A program made the position numbers and the translations under genes. DNA of 63,065 nucleotides, counting the filler, from Folioceros fuciformis (Eukaryota), in the NCBI GenBank assembly GCA_049999805.1. It is 16 parts of 16 records of this genome, joined end to end, with 100 filler letters (N's around TTAATTAATTAA, not from the genome) between each part and the next. Parts side by side here need not be neighbours in the genome. Positions count along the whole stretch, not along the records: positions 1 to 3,598 come from JBNGIO010001802.1; positions 3,699 to 8,131 come from JBNGIO010001803.1; positions 8,232 to 12,647 come from JBNGIO010001804.1; 13 more parts are not named here. The stretch is one strand, 5' to 3'. Below the pieces are notes generated by a model that was given only the letters and a program-made list of their open reading frames with translations, did not search any database and was not told the origin of the DNA. Of the stretch, positions 1-12,747 are shown piece by piece. The stretch's first letter is position 1, and each line of letters starts with the position of its first letter.

Positions 1-326
1 GCGCCGACGGGTGCCAGTCGCGGCCGACGGACCCCAGTCCCACGGACAAGTGAGGCTACGAAGCCGCATCACGGGGTATCGTCGCCTGTGAGAGTCGCTA
101 ACGCCGGGCACTGGATTGCAAGTGTCGGAGCATCGACGTCGAGGGCAAAGACGAGAGCAAGTTGGGATCCTGGCCACGAGGTGGAATCGGATTTCAACGG
201 AGGATTTAGGCTCAGCGTGTCATCCTAAATTGTGAACAGAAGAATCGGAACCAGGGTAACAAAATCTACAATACATTTTGGCAGTTTCTAACTAGCATTT
301 TGCTTGATTTGCATCGATTTTGAAAC

Positions 327-2821
327 ATGGCGTCCTTAGAAAACGTCATGTTCAATATCGAGAAGTTAGATGGTACTAACTTCCCGTTCTGGAAAGAACA
401 AGTGTACAATGTTTTAGTATAGAAGAAGCAGATCAAGCTTATAAAGTTGCTAGGAGTGAAACCCGTTAGCATGACTCAAGATGAGTGGCAGGACCTAGAT
501 GAGCTTGCTAGGTCTACCATCATGCTAACATTGTCAAAGTCGGTCTACTTCAACGTGAAAGACAAGACCACAAGCTACGAGCTATGGCAGAAGTTGTGTG
601 ACCTGTATGAGAAGCAAAGTGCAGCTTCTCAGGTGTACTGGTTGAAACAGCTAGTGGACTTGAAGATGAAGGAAGGGACAAGGATGTCCGATCATCTGAA
701 TGAGTTCAATACCATTTTCAGCCAGCTATCATCTCAAGGTATCTCGTTCCCAGATTCCGTGAGAGCTATGTTTCTATTGATCACATTACTAGAGAGTTGG
801 GACACCTTTCGTACAGCTCAGAGTAATTCCGCTCCTGCCAGTGGTCTTACTGTTGTAAATGTAGAAGGTAATCTGCTAGAGGAGGTGAACAGGAAGAATA
901 TGGAACCTTCAAAAAGTTCCAATGCCCTCATGGTGAGAGGAAGGTCCACGTCAAAGGGGAAGTGCAAGGAGCGAAGTCGTTCCCGTAGTAAGTCTCATAG
1001 TCGTAACAATGTTGAGTGTTACCATTGTCACAAGAAGGGACACATTAGAAGGGACTGCGAGAAGTTCAAGAAGGACAAAGGCAAGGAGAAGGAGCAAAGC
1101 GACAACAAGGAAAGTCTGAGTGTCAAGCGTGACGAGGTGAACTCTGTTGATGATGGAGATGTTCTTACCTCTTCTTCCTTCGATTCTGCACAACTGACAG
1201 CTGTGGAGAGTCACTTATTCTCTAATTGGATAATTGACTCTGGAGCATCTTTCCATGTTACTCCGCATAGGGAGTGGTTTAGCACTTATGATGTGACTAG
1301 GAAAGGATGTGTTCGGCTTGGAAATAACTACGCATGCGAGATTTCAGGCGTTGGTGATGTGCAACTGAAGTTCGACAATGGATCTTCATTCAAACTGAAG
1401 GGTGTTAGGCATGTTCTGAAGTTGACCAAAAGCATGATTAGCGCAATGCAGTTGGATGATGCTGGCTACCACTGTTGGTTTGGAGATCGTTCTTGGAAGA
1501 TCTCCAAAGGTTCTCTTGTGTTAGCTCATGGATCAAAGTGTGGCACTTTGTACTCAATTCGGGTAACCACTATCAAGGATCATGAGATTTGTGTAACGGA
1601 ACAGCCAAGTGTTTCCTTGTGGCATAGTCGGTTAGGACATATGTCTCAAAAAGGAATGAAGATACTATCTCGTTTTGGTTACGTCCCTACTTTTGACTTC
1701 TCCGATTTCTTCGTGTCTAAGCACTGTTTGTATGGGAAACAAACGAAGTCATCACATGGAGCAAGAGGTAAACACAAAAGTAAACCTCTTGAGTTGGTTC
1801 ACAGTGACGTTTGTGGACCTGTATCGTTAGGCGGTGCATCTTACTTTGTCACTTTCATTGATGACTTCTCACGCAAGGTGTGGGTTTATCCTTTGAGGAA
1901 AAAGGATGATGTTCTGACAGTGTTTCAGAAATTCGTCACCCTTGTGGAGAATAAGTCTGGCCTCCGGCTGAAGTGTCTGACGACAGACAATGGGGGAGAG
2001 TATGTCTCGAAGGCTTTCCAGTCATTCTGTGATTCCAAGGGAATCAAGAGAGAATTAACTGCGCTGTATACTCCTCCCCAGAATGGTGTGGCTGAACGGA
2101 TGAACAGGACCATCCAGGAGAGGATGCGTAGTTTGTTGTCAAACTCTGGATTGCCTAGTGGATTTTGGGTAGAAGCAGTGGTTATTGCAGTGCATCTTAT
2201 TAACAGATCTCCTAATAGGGCTGTGAATGAACAGGTTCCAAAGGAGATGTGGTCTGGAAACAAGCCATCATACAAGCATCTACAAGTGTTTGGTTGCAAG
2301 GCATACTACCATGTTTCGAAGGAGTTTCGGGACAAGTTGGCTCCTAAGTCAAGAAAATGTATTTTTCTTGGCTATGGTGAATCTGGTGAGATGGGATGCC
2401 GTCTATGAGATCCAGAGGCCAGCAGGATGGTTCGCAGCAATGACGTGTTCTTCAATGAGACCAAGATGCACAAGAAGCCTACTCCAACTGTGGAGGTGCA
2501 ACGGGTGGTCTTTCAAGAAGATGGATTTGACCGTCCCGCATAGGTTGAACGTCGTGATGTGCAGGAACAAGTTCCTCCACTTATACAAGAGGAGAGAGTG
2601 CAACCAGCTCCGGTCGAGGTGCCAGTGCTTCGTAGGTCAGAAAGGATCTCACGTCCTCCTAACAGGTATGTTGCATCTCTTGATTATGTCATGCTGACGG
2701 ATTGTGGGGAGCCCTCTTGTTACCAAGAGGCCATGTCAATGACTGACAAGGACAAGTGGGAGAAGGTGATGCAGTCGCAGATGGATTCACTCCACAAGAA
2801 CCAAACTTGGGAGTTGGTTCG
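327..2821 (+). mobile_element. Ty1/copia gag-pol, decayed and interrupted at the start of RT
   Basis: ATG 327 MASLENVMFNIEKLDGTNFPFWK; zinc knuckle CYHCHKKGHIRRDC; protease WIIDSGASFH; GAG-pre-integrase LWHSRLGH; integrase VHSDVCGP, TDNGGEY, QNGVAERMNRT; RT start KNQTWELV. In-frame stops at 420, 2406 and ~2541. Confidence 0.96.
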
Positions 2822-3025
2822 TGTTCACATATTAAAATGTATTCTACACGCACATCCAGGAAGAATAGAATTGAAAAAGAAAGGATAGTATCTGGGTCTT
2901 ACCCGAGTCTCTAAATAGCACAAGTAGTTATAACTATCAACTTAACCTAACTACCTGAGGTTCTAACCCTAAGCACAGTAGCAATGTAAGTTAACCACTA
3001 ATTAACTACTCAACACTCCCACTCA
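2822..3025 (-). mobile_element. Short (~194 bp) 3' LTR plus polypurine tract of a second element nested in the copia
   Basis: Minus strand reads TGAGTGGGAG then TGTTGAG...TGTGAACA; copia homology stops exactly at 2821. Confidence 0.7.
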
Positions 3026-3598
3026 TTGCGAAGTGCTTAGGTACTCTATCAATGTTTATTAATCGAACTGAAATTAATTGTTCACCAGCGCAGTATGAAC
3101 ACGAGGAGTTGCAAACCAGTACTTCAACTCCCACTCACGCATGTCAGCATCAAATCCTTGGCTTAAAATCTCAGCTCAGGAATACAAGACGCCATCTTCT
3201 GTTTCAGGTTCCAAGAGCTCGACGAGATGGATCCGTCTGGAGCTGCGCTAGGGTCTTCGAGACAGCCAGTTGTGGCACCAGCTTCGAGATCAGTCCGAGT
3301 CCGCCTGTTGTAGAGAAGTTTGAGGTCCTTGGACATGTTGCTATTGCTATGGTGGCGGCTCATGCTATTCCTCCAACAGCTGTTCCTGTCGAAGACGGTG
3401 TTCCTGCACAAGCTGCCACACACTACCGTCCAAACGCTGCACCTCTTCGCCTTCGTCACGCCAGCGCTTCAAGTGGGCTGAGACAGGTTAAGCGCGAGGC
3501 TACACCCTCCAATGCTCACTCGATGAAGAAACTCCGACAGATGGAGAAGCGAGAAGCTCTCCTCACTCAAGAAATCTCAGCTCTTCGAAGACAACTTC

Positions 3599-3698
3599 NN
3601 NNNNNNNNNNNNNNNNNNNNNNNNNNNNNNNNNNNNNNNNNNTTAATTAATTAANNNNNNNNNNNNNNNNNNNNNNNNNNNNNNNNNNNNNNNNNNNN
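3599..3698. other. Artificial contig spacer (first of 15; others start at 8132, 12648, 18253, 20856, 23628, 27186, 28703, 32417, 34105, 40604, 42656, 45095, 49809, 56753)
   Basis: Identical 100-nt blocks of N44-TTAATTAATTAA-N44; the core has stop codons in all six frames; flanks are unrelated. Confidence 0.98.
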
Positions 3699-3989
3699 AT
3701 TGGGAGCATGGGATCGGGAGGAATCATAGGGGGGAGGGGGCCGGATAAGCTCGGGGTGGGGATTGGGAGGGGTTTGCGGTGTTGGTGCTAGTGGGAGGGA
3801 ACAGACTGCAGTGAGCCGACTCATTGGCTGGGAGCAGGGCACGTTAGTGGGATGGATCATGAAGGAGACATGGTTGGAAGCGTAGCTAGGCAGGATGGGT
3901 CAAGGGCTAGCTATTCGGCGAGATGGGTCATGGGCTACCTGCTGGGCAAGATGGCGATGAATCAGCAGCAGGTTGGTGTAGGGTTAGCA

Positions 3990-4284
3990 CTAATGTGTTT
4001 ATTGTAAGATTAGTGTCTAGTTAAGTACCATTAGTTTAGGTTAGCTTAAGCTAATATGTAGGAAGCTTCTTGCGTAGCTTCCTGTGCGCTTTTTGTGAAG
4101 CTTCCTAGGGAGCTCTTCTAGAGGGTATAAATACCTCCTTGAGCTCCCTTGCATATAGAGACTCTGTGTGAGAGTGTGATATCTCTTTCTCCTCTCCTCC
4201 TTGCCTCCTCCTCTCCTCCTTCACCATGCAACTCCTCTAGCGATCCTTTAGTTGGGTTGGAAGTAGCCTGGGAACGGGCGTGCA
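3990..4284 (+). repeat. LTR-like segment with TATA box and CT-rich leader
   Basis: GGGTATAAATA at ~4123 followed by a CT-rich tract; termini not firmly defined. Confidence 0.4.
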
Positions 4285-4938
4285 ATGCGGTCCAAATAGG
4301 GAGCCCGCGAGGCAGAATGGGCAGTGAGTTGCAGGAGGATGGGAGCTTGCCGGGATGAGAAGGGAGAAGAAGGACGGGGACAGAGAAGGAAAATCAGAGG
4401 GCGAAGAAGGGGAAATCTGGTGCCATCGTTCATGTAGCCTGACATGGCCTCTCCTCCTCTAGATTGTGCTTTGCTGATCCTTGCATCTCGGTCCCGATTT
4501 CTAGTTGGCTCTTGATCTCCTAATTTGCCCGGGGGCCTTGTCCATGCTTCGATTTGGCAACCCTGGCCCCGATCCACCAACAGCTTGGCCTTGATCCTGC
4601 ACTTAGTCCAGCTTGACCATCTTGCCGATTTGGTTTCTTCCCATTGCGTCGAGGTGCTGTTGCCCAGCTTGTCTCGGTCTCGATCTAGATCACCAACCAG
4701 TAGCCTTGTAGCAACGACCTTCTGAAAATAGCCGCTCATCTTGCCACGACTTCTAGCAGTAATGATGCTCCTCTCACGACGTCCCCACTCCACTAGTATC
4801 TCTTTTTTTCCGAGGAAAAAAGGTCGGATTATGACAGCTTCCTCTATTTAAAGGATATAAGATGTGAAGACCCCACTAGCATCTCAGCCCCCAACTCACC
4901 ATAACTTGAGTTCTAGATCTCCAACCTAGGCCGCCGTC

Positions 4939-5943
4939 ATGTTGGTTGCTATCTTTGACATTGTTCTCACAATAATGTGCTCTAGCCGTTGCTTCCACAA
5001 TGGACACATGTACCAGACACAGTTGGCCCCTATCACATCCAGTTTCCAGCTCCTAGGCAATCCCTTGTTCAAACACCTAGGTTTGCTAGTGCTGCCCAAC
5101 TTGGCTAAAGGGGAGGAGCCGGAACTTTGGGTAGCGTGCTCAGAGATGTTGGATCCTGGCTTCTTAGGTAGGGCCAAAAAGCTTGCCTGTTATGTGCATT
5201 GTGCAGTTGTACCATTGCAACCACAGTGGATGTGCAACGTCATAACAATGTGTTTTGACACTCTAAGGGAAGGGATGTATTGATGTCAAAGTTTGATGTC
5301 ATGATAGTACTGAAGGTGCCCCAATTTGGCCAAGCGTTTCAACGCCTTACGAATCTGAGACATCCATGTAGGAGGAGGCACAACACCACAAGTGGATGTG
5401 GGGATTTACGTCAAGGAACTTACCCCTCTGTGGGATGACAAACGTTATCTCCTATGGACAGGTCCAGACTACGTGTTGCAATCAACGCTTACCACGCCCT
5501 CTCTAACAACAAGACATGTGATCATATTCAAGCAACCAATGGATAATGGCAATTTCTGTTCCTTCAAATCACGTTTCCGCTTCACCTACAACAAGGTGGA
5601 GTGCTTTATAAGCTATACGGACTTCAAATGTAATGAGGAAAGTCCCCACCAGCTTTTTGAGGCAAGGAAAATGATTGTGGATGCTTGTGTTACGCTAGCA
5701 AGAGGATTGTTGTTTGGCTTGCTCATGGGTAGATCACATGCTTTCTTGTTTAGCGCCCAAAGCATAATAGACGCAATCAACATAGAGGTGCTTGAGAGGG
5801 GGTGGCTACATCACCCAAGAACAAAACTAGGAGTGTGATTTCATGTCACAGACTTCATGGGGAGCGAAAGGTATGTCTCTAATGTGATGGCCTACATGAT
5901 GCATCCTAACCCGAACATTGTTGTTGATCTTTGGAAAAGGTGA
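4939..5943 (+). pseudogene. Decayed unidentified reading frame, probably transposon accessory
   Basis: ORFs 4939-5283 and 5392-5838 are in the same frame and continue to 5943 through stops; globular-looking composition; no recognised motif. Confidence 0.3.
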
Positions 5944-8312
5944 GGGAGTGGGAACAGAAACTCATAGCACATGCCATTTGTTGATTGTAAATGGTCATGA
6001 TCTAACACAAGCAAGGAGGTTACATTGTATTGAGAAGGAGCTGTTGTTAGTACAAAACTGGCGGACGACTGTACGATGGAGAAGAGGGGGAAAATCAAGT
6101 AAGGGACAACGTGCAGGAGTCCGATGCGAGCCAGGTAGGGTGTAGCTAGAGGGAAGGAGTGGAGATGGAGCAGGAGGGGACGGTGAGAAGGAAAGGGTGG
6201 GTCTGTCCACTTGGGCGGCGGCAGTCGAGGGTTGTACACTAGGCGGCAACCCCATTGTGCTCTGGAGAAAAGGGGGTGGATTTGATGGAGTGCATAGAAG
6301 ACCGAGGAGGCAGGGTGCGGAGGAAACGATGGCAGTGTTCTGGTCCTTATCGTGTGCGGTCTGTTGATGGGGTGATCGTCATAGTTGATGCTGAACAGGT
6401 TGGCCGGGTACACTCCCCAAGCGTCATGTATCTTTGTCGCTCCTAGAGGTAGACGGACAAACGTTTGGTGGGATGTTGTGAGGGGTAGGAACCACTCTGA
6501 TGGGTCACTTGAGGAGGGAGATGGGAGCTCAAGCGCAAAGGAGGGCAAGAGGCTAAATGCAAGGCAGGGGATCAACACAGAAGAGTGTACTCTGGGCGGA
6601 AAGCAAGGTCTGAAGCTCCTTTCGTCTATCATAGAAAGGGTTTTATACAAAAACAAAACCTTATGTCCGGACAGCCGACATAAATGAAAAAGATCCTATG
6701 ATCTACTCTAACGTCCTTATAGTCCGATTTTGTCAAGAGGTAGCTATCAACTGACACCTTGCCTTATTGGGAAGGTGGGGGGTAGGAGAGGTGGGGTTGG
6801 CGGAGGCCACCATTGGAGTGGATTTTACGGGTGAGGTGGGACCAGGGGGAGATTCCACTCCACCAATTGAAAAAGGCAACTCGGTGGAACTGGCCTACAG
6901 CAAGCGGACCAAGAGCTGAGTTCCAGCTTCTGGGGAGGAAGGTCCTCGAGTTGGAGCCTTCGAGGTGCTAGGTGTGGTACGCATGTCCGAGGGAGGTGCC
7001 GAAGTAGTTGCGCCCACCACAGCCTCCGTGGTGTCGCTTAGAACCTGAAGGACTTCACTATGGAAGAAGGTGTGACTGTCATCGAGTTATTCGATGACGT
7101 CCACCAATATCCAACGGAATGTCTAGTACTCCGGTCGCCACTTGGCTTTAGGTAAGTCAGCGTGCTGCCGACGTGAGGTATCTCCAAAGCTCCCCTAGAG
7201 CCACCAAGGTGACTGTATTTGATTCTCGTAGCTGGAGGTTGGAGATGGCCTTTGCTTGTGCCCTAAGGAGCGCTACCTTAGTGTGGTCGTCCCACGATTC
7301 GTGGTCCGGCAGTTGGGCCTATAGTGCTTTCGTCTCGGCCTGCAGACTATTGTCATGTCCCACTAGTGCCTTGCGATCTTCATCCCACGCTTGTCCATGG
7401 CTGTGCATATCTTTGCGCGTGCACACGAGTTTTGCCTTTAGGGCCCAAACCTCGTGTTGGGATGCCTTCTCCTCAACCTTGCATTGCTCAGAGTTTTCCC
7501 CTCGTAGCTTCTTCACCTACCGGATTGCCTTAGCTACCTTGTGTGTGAAGTCTTTCTCCCCACCCAGTGCACGGTGCTATTCTTTCCCATAACGGTCCTA
7601 GTCTGCCGTGTGCTGCTCGGAGGCTTCCTAGCCGTCCGGCTCTCGCTTCCTCCATGTTTGCTGCTCCTTCATATGGATACTTTCTATGGTGGCCTATGGA
7701 CTAGGAGTACTCCGCCTCCGCTTCTTTGCGCTGCTGCTTGCTCCACGACTTGGCTCTTCAGCTCCTCGAGCTCCTACATGCACTCGTCACGTCCTCTCGA
7801 AGTTTATTGAACTCCTCTTGGAGTTGGGTAGTGTGTCCTACCGCTCGTTCCTTTAAGGCAGATACCTGAGTTGCTAACTCAATCATGCATCTCCGAAGGG
7901 CGATGTTCTCGCCTTCCCTTGCGGCCACCTAGACAAAGGACTAGGCAAGGCCTTCGGTCACAAACATGACAATCCCTTGTGCCTCTTGTGTTTGTTGGGG
8001 AGCGTGATGCAACCCACACTCATGCATATATAGTCCTAGTTAGGTTTACGTTAGGGCAACTCAAACAGTTAATTAGTTTAGGTCATGGCCGCGTGTGCGC
8101 GCGCATGAAGATAGGAACGGTTGATAGTTATNNNNNNNNNNNNNNNNNNNNNNNNNNNNNNNNNNNNNNNNNNNNTTAATTAATTAANNNNNNNNNNNNN
8201 NNNNNNNNNNNNNNNNNNNNNNNNNNNNNNNGAATGGACACTTTGGGAAAGCGCAAAAGAAAGAGGATTAGAGCAAACCAAATAGCAAATCTAGATAGCT
8301 ATGTCAATAAGG

Positions 8313-9575
8313 CTAAGTTATGTAATCGCCAATCGCCTTGAAGTAAGAGAGAAGTTTTTCCCTGAGTTTGGGAACACTAAGAAGTTGGCGGATATCGTAG
8401 TAAGAGCCTTGAAACATCTGGATCCAAGTGTTGCGAGTGGCCATGCACTGGCCAAGGATGTGGTGACGAGTTTCTTTTGAAGACCTGCATTTCCGACAAA
8501 AAGGATCCTCTGCAATGTTGAATCTCCTAAAGTAAGCCCCAATAGCCATATGCCCAGTCCGAAGCTGGGTGAGAAATGATGAGAGCTTACGGTCATGGAG
8601 ACCAAGGCGTTGTAGCACCGAGGCCGAAGGGCCACCAAGCACCACCCTCTTAAGTGCAGAAGCCTTAGTTGAGGAAACCCACCGTAAACGCCACTCCTGT
8701 AGACTTGCAGCATGAATTTGCTGGCGAGCTCTGGACACTGATAGGATCCGGTCTTCGCGGGAAATGGGAAGAAGAGTGGCAGCCTTGGCGGTTACATCTG
8801 CATGCTCATTACCAACAATATTGTGATGGCCCGGAATCCAGTGGAGATTAAGGGAAACCTCCGGATGAGCAACCGAGAAGGCATGGAGAGATGTCCTAGC
8901 TTGAAGAGATATGGCTTGGGCTGGGCGAGCCGAAGTGTCCGTTAAAGACATGATAGCTGCTTGATTATCAAGGAAAATTGTAATTGATGAAATCATGGGG
9001 ATGGAAGCAAAGAGGGTGGGCAGGCATGAAATTGCTTTGACCATAGAGAGGAGTTCTACCTCATAAACCCCCGTAGTATGTTTCTAAACCAAAAGATAAT
9101 TGATGGACAATATCCCCATTGAAGTAGAAAATAACCATGCCCCTGGCATGACCATCCAGAAGAGAACCATCAGTGTAAATGGCAAGGGCATCAGGAGTCA
9201 AAAGATGTAGGGAATGTGAGGCAATAGCAGAAGTGGGAGATTGTAAAATTACGATGGTTGTGGGTGAAGAAAGAGGAGAGGCCCAAGGAGGCACGTGTCG
9301 AGGAAAAATAGTCTCAATGGCAGTGGAGGTGGGCAGTCCTAAAGTGGAGTACAGAGTACTAGGGGAAAGGAGTGTGAGGCGACTGCAGATAGCATTATGG
9401 TAGCGTTTTTTGTAGTTAGTCGTAGGAAGAAAGACTTGATGGATGGGGTGAGAGGGAGGGCAGGAGACGTTGCGGAAGAGAGAACGGAGAGAATGGCGTT
9501 GGAGGCGCAACTCCGTGGGCAGAAGAAAAGCTTCAAATTCCAGGGCATCAGTGGAGGTAGTTCACAAAACTTGTG
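8313..9575 (-). mobile_element. 5'-truncated non-LTR retrotransposon with RNase H and C-terminal CCHC finger (Tad/I-group-like)
   Basis: TTSTDALEFEAFLLP, IYTDGS, IFLDNQAAI, LHWIPGHHNIVGNEHADVTAK, LTQLRTGH, CRKC..ETRHHILGQC; frameshift near 9060. Confidence 0.9.
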
Positions 9576-11960
9576 CAATCTTCACGTAATGTTTGAGCAA
9601 ATAAAACTTGGCATATTGGGCGACCTCCTGCCTTACATAACCTTCTACAATATTGTCCTTAGGTTTGCTCCGTTGCCTTATAGTTTGTTTTGTGTTGCCC
9701 AAAACACTTTCCACTAGATACATCCACCTGACGCAAACGGGTCATAAAACCACAACTTTGTCAACAAGGTGAAGTACCAGGTGAGTGGATATGTTAAACA
9801 GCTTAGGTGGGAGCTTGCTTTCCAACTCACACATTACCTTTATGCAATCCTGTTGCATAGTGATGACCTCATCTGCCGGGATTCTGAGCTGGCATATCCA
9901 CCTATACAAATAGCTCAGGCTAGCTATAGATTTGTACATAGTAGGTTGTATGCTGCCCTGTAATACAAGGGGGAGATAAATCTCCAGAAATCAATGTCAA
10001 TCATGGGTTTGCAAACTATCCACCTTGCCCCCTACGAATTTCGCAGCGATGTTCGATGCGCTCCCTGTGGGCAATCAAATGGTCCTTAGGTCGATCAACT
10101 CTTTCTCCAAATGTAGCGCAGAAAGGACATAAGGAGCTGGAATGAACTCGTCCTTATTAGGGCCATGCGGCCAAAGCTCTCGCTTTCCACCGAATGCCTC
10201 CATATCCATCCAAGACCTAATGTCATCTCTTTCACCCATCAGCATATGCTAGATTGTTTTGGCATTGTTCTTCTCCATGTGCATTACATCCTTTCGGCCC
10301 CACTTCACCATACATTTTGAATATGGCAAGAACATGAACCACAATGACATTCAGCGGGACCCGAACTTTCCCTTGCTTCTTAAGTCTACTCGCGACGCAT
10401 TTGCTTATGCTTCCATATCTGCTACAATGTTATCAAACATCAATGGCCGTGGTCACAGTTGTTGTTATGCCTCACCATTGTACCTCTCCTTGTCCACCCA
10501 ATGCATGGGGTGGGTGGGAGGCAACCACCAATGAGAGTCGAGGTGCACTTCCTTCTATAGAAACTGATACCAATGCAAGCCAAGGTCCTCCCAACACTTG
10601 AAGCATGCTCAGGAACCTTTTACTTGGAAACCTGATAATGTGCCTAGTCCAAGGTAATCTACTATCGTGTGCAAAATGGCAAGTCTCAGCCGAAAGTGCT
10701 ACTATAGATTGTCCACATCCTCAAAAAATTCTTCCATGGGAATTCCTTCCCACAAGTTTCGCAACTCTTCTAATAGTGGCTCAACGTAGACTTCGAAGTT
10801 GGGCACAAGGTGGGGCCCAGAGACAATAACCGGCATAATGATGTACCCTGATTTTGTAGCAAGCCATGCAGGCAAATTATGGACAAATAGCAGGACATGC
10901 CTGTTGGATGTTGTTGAAGCTTTATGGCCAAAGGGGTTGAAATTGTTTGTAGTGAGAGCAAATTGTATGTTGCGCGGCCTGGCCCCAAAATCATCCACCT
11001 AGTCCAGCACATGCCACGCAGGTGTATCTACCATTATCCCGATGGAGCCATCTGCGCTACGCATTGCTTGGAATGAAGACAATAGCCTTGCATTTGCCAG
11101 ACAACGACACATTCGTGTCAATCTATCCTTAAAGAGGGAAATCCCACAACCCTTTCCTTGGGACTTGTTAAGTACCTTGTGATTGTCCACCACCTTGCAT
11201 AGAGCGATTCACATTGCACTTACTTGACATTGAATCCATTGCATACACCCCTCTGAAAAGAAGACATTCATTGACACATGCGTGAATTTTCTCAAATGTT
11301 GCCCCAAACATATATAATATTTTCTTCACTTTTGCCATGAACTTTGGCAATGCATTGCCTGGGGGCAAAAATTGCAGGGCTGAAACCTCCATCACCATTA
11401 TTAGCCCAACGTTAGAGAATCCAAACCTCGCTTTGGAGGGAGAGAAGCAAAAATGTCGTGGCTAAACGACTATGCGCAGTTTTGCATGTTAAATGAATAG
11501 CAAACAATGGTGCTTCACCATCAACATGCCCAGTGGCTTCATCTTCCACATCTCGTCTTTGTCCTGCTATCTTGCCCAAGATTTCCTTTGCGCACACATC
11601 AATCGGGGGTGTGGGGGGCGGGTGAAAATTTTCCACATTAGGCATATCCCTACCTACCATGGCATTTGGGAAAGGGGAGGGTGGGCAGCTAGCTACTTTG
11701 ACATCAGCTTTGCATGGGTCGCTTGTGAGACCATGTGATGGACCACGTTTGGTCTTAGGCTGCTTGCCTAGACACTATACGTACAACAACCACATGTCAC
11801 TTGTCATCATAGAGTGCAGGGACCCGAAACAAACAAGGTAAGCAGAAAGCATGCTACCCAACCTGTACCTTGCTGTCCATCTCATGGTACTATTCTTGAA
11901 TGGTGTTCTCGCACCGCTGCTGCGAAACATGAGTAGGGATGCACACGATTCTCCCCTCCC
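9576..11960 (-). mobile_element. CACTA/En-Spm TnpD-type transposase pseudogene
   Basis: KIHACVNECLLFRG, RNIQFALTTNNFNPFG, HNLPAWL, YVEPLLEELRNLWEG (Transposase_21-like), DVMHMEKN, MCELESKLPPKLFNISTHLVLHLV, IVEGYVRQE; many stops and frameshifts; interrupted by the LINE at ~9575. Confidence 0.92.
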
Positions 11961-12747
11961 ATCGTGAGTAAGGGCACACCTTGTATGTGGTCCCCCAATC
12001 CTGCTAAAGGTGTGGCTTTGTTTGTCGTGATACAGGTACCTAAGCACACCAGCACCTCCTATAGCTAAGTTAACAATGCCTCTGAGGATTGTGTGAACAC
12101 TCTTGGAGGTTTGATGCCAAGTGGAACAATGTGCTCGCTGATGGTTGATAACGACGTGCTCGCTAATGGTTGTCTGAGTGGGGTCTATGACAACCACATC
12201 CACTATAGGGTGGAGGTCTCTTCATGTTAGTAGGAGCAATGGCAAAGGAAACAAAAAAGGACTGAAGAAGAAGTGGTCAATGGCTGAAACCAAGCTTAAA
12301 AAACACTAGCTTGTTCAGCAGAAATGACTCTTACCTTGTAGGCCTCCCATGGCTACCAAAAACTGTTTCGGAGGCATTGGGACAGCTCTCAAATTGTCGA
12401 CCAGGGGAGGTAAGACAGATTTATATTTTCTAGAATTACCTCCCCCCAAAAAAGCAAAAAAATAGGAAAAAGGGGGGAAAAAAGGGAAATGGGAATAAGG
12501 GGAATGACACAGGACGGGATGGGACAGGGAGGAAGATGGAAATGGGAGCAAAATGGGGTGAGGGTAGGTAGATAGGTGGGACCGGATGAGACGGGGTGTC
12601 GGCGGGAGACGGTTGGGCGGTGGTAAGGTGAATGGGTACATAAGGAGNNNNNNNNNNNNNNNNNNNNNNNNNNNNNNNNNNNNNNNNNNNNTTAATTAAT
12701 TAANNNNNNNNNNNNNNNNNNNNNNNNNNNNNNNNNNNNNNNNNNNN

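Noticed and set aside
3643-3654. Recurrent TTAATTAATTAA palindrome and ORFs containing X runs
   Set aside because: Artificial six-frame-stop linker inside fixed-length N padding.
5892-6656. 254-aa Pro/Leu-rich ORF
   Set aside because: Consequence of a purine-rich opposite strand; no recognisable domain.
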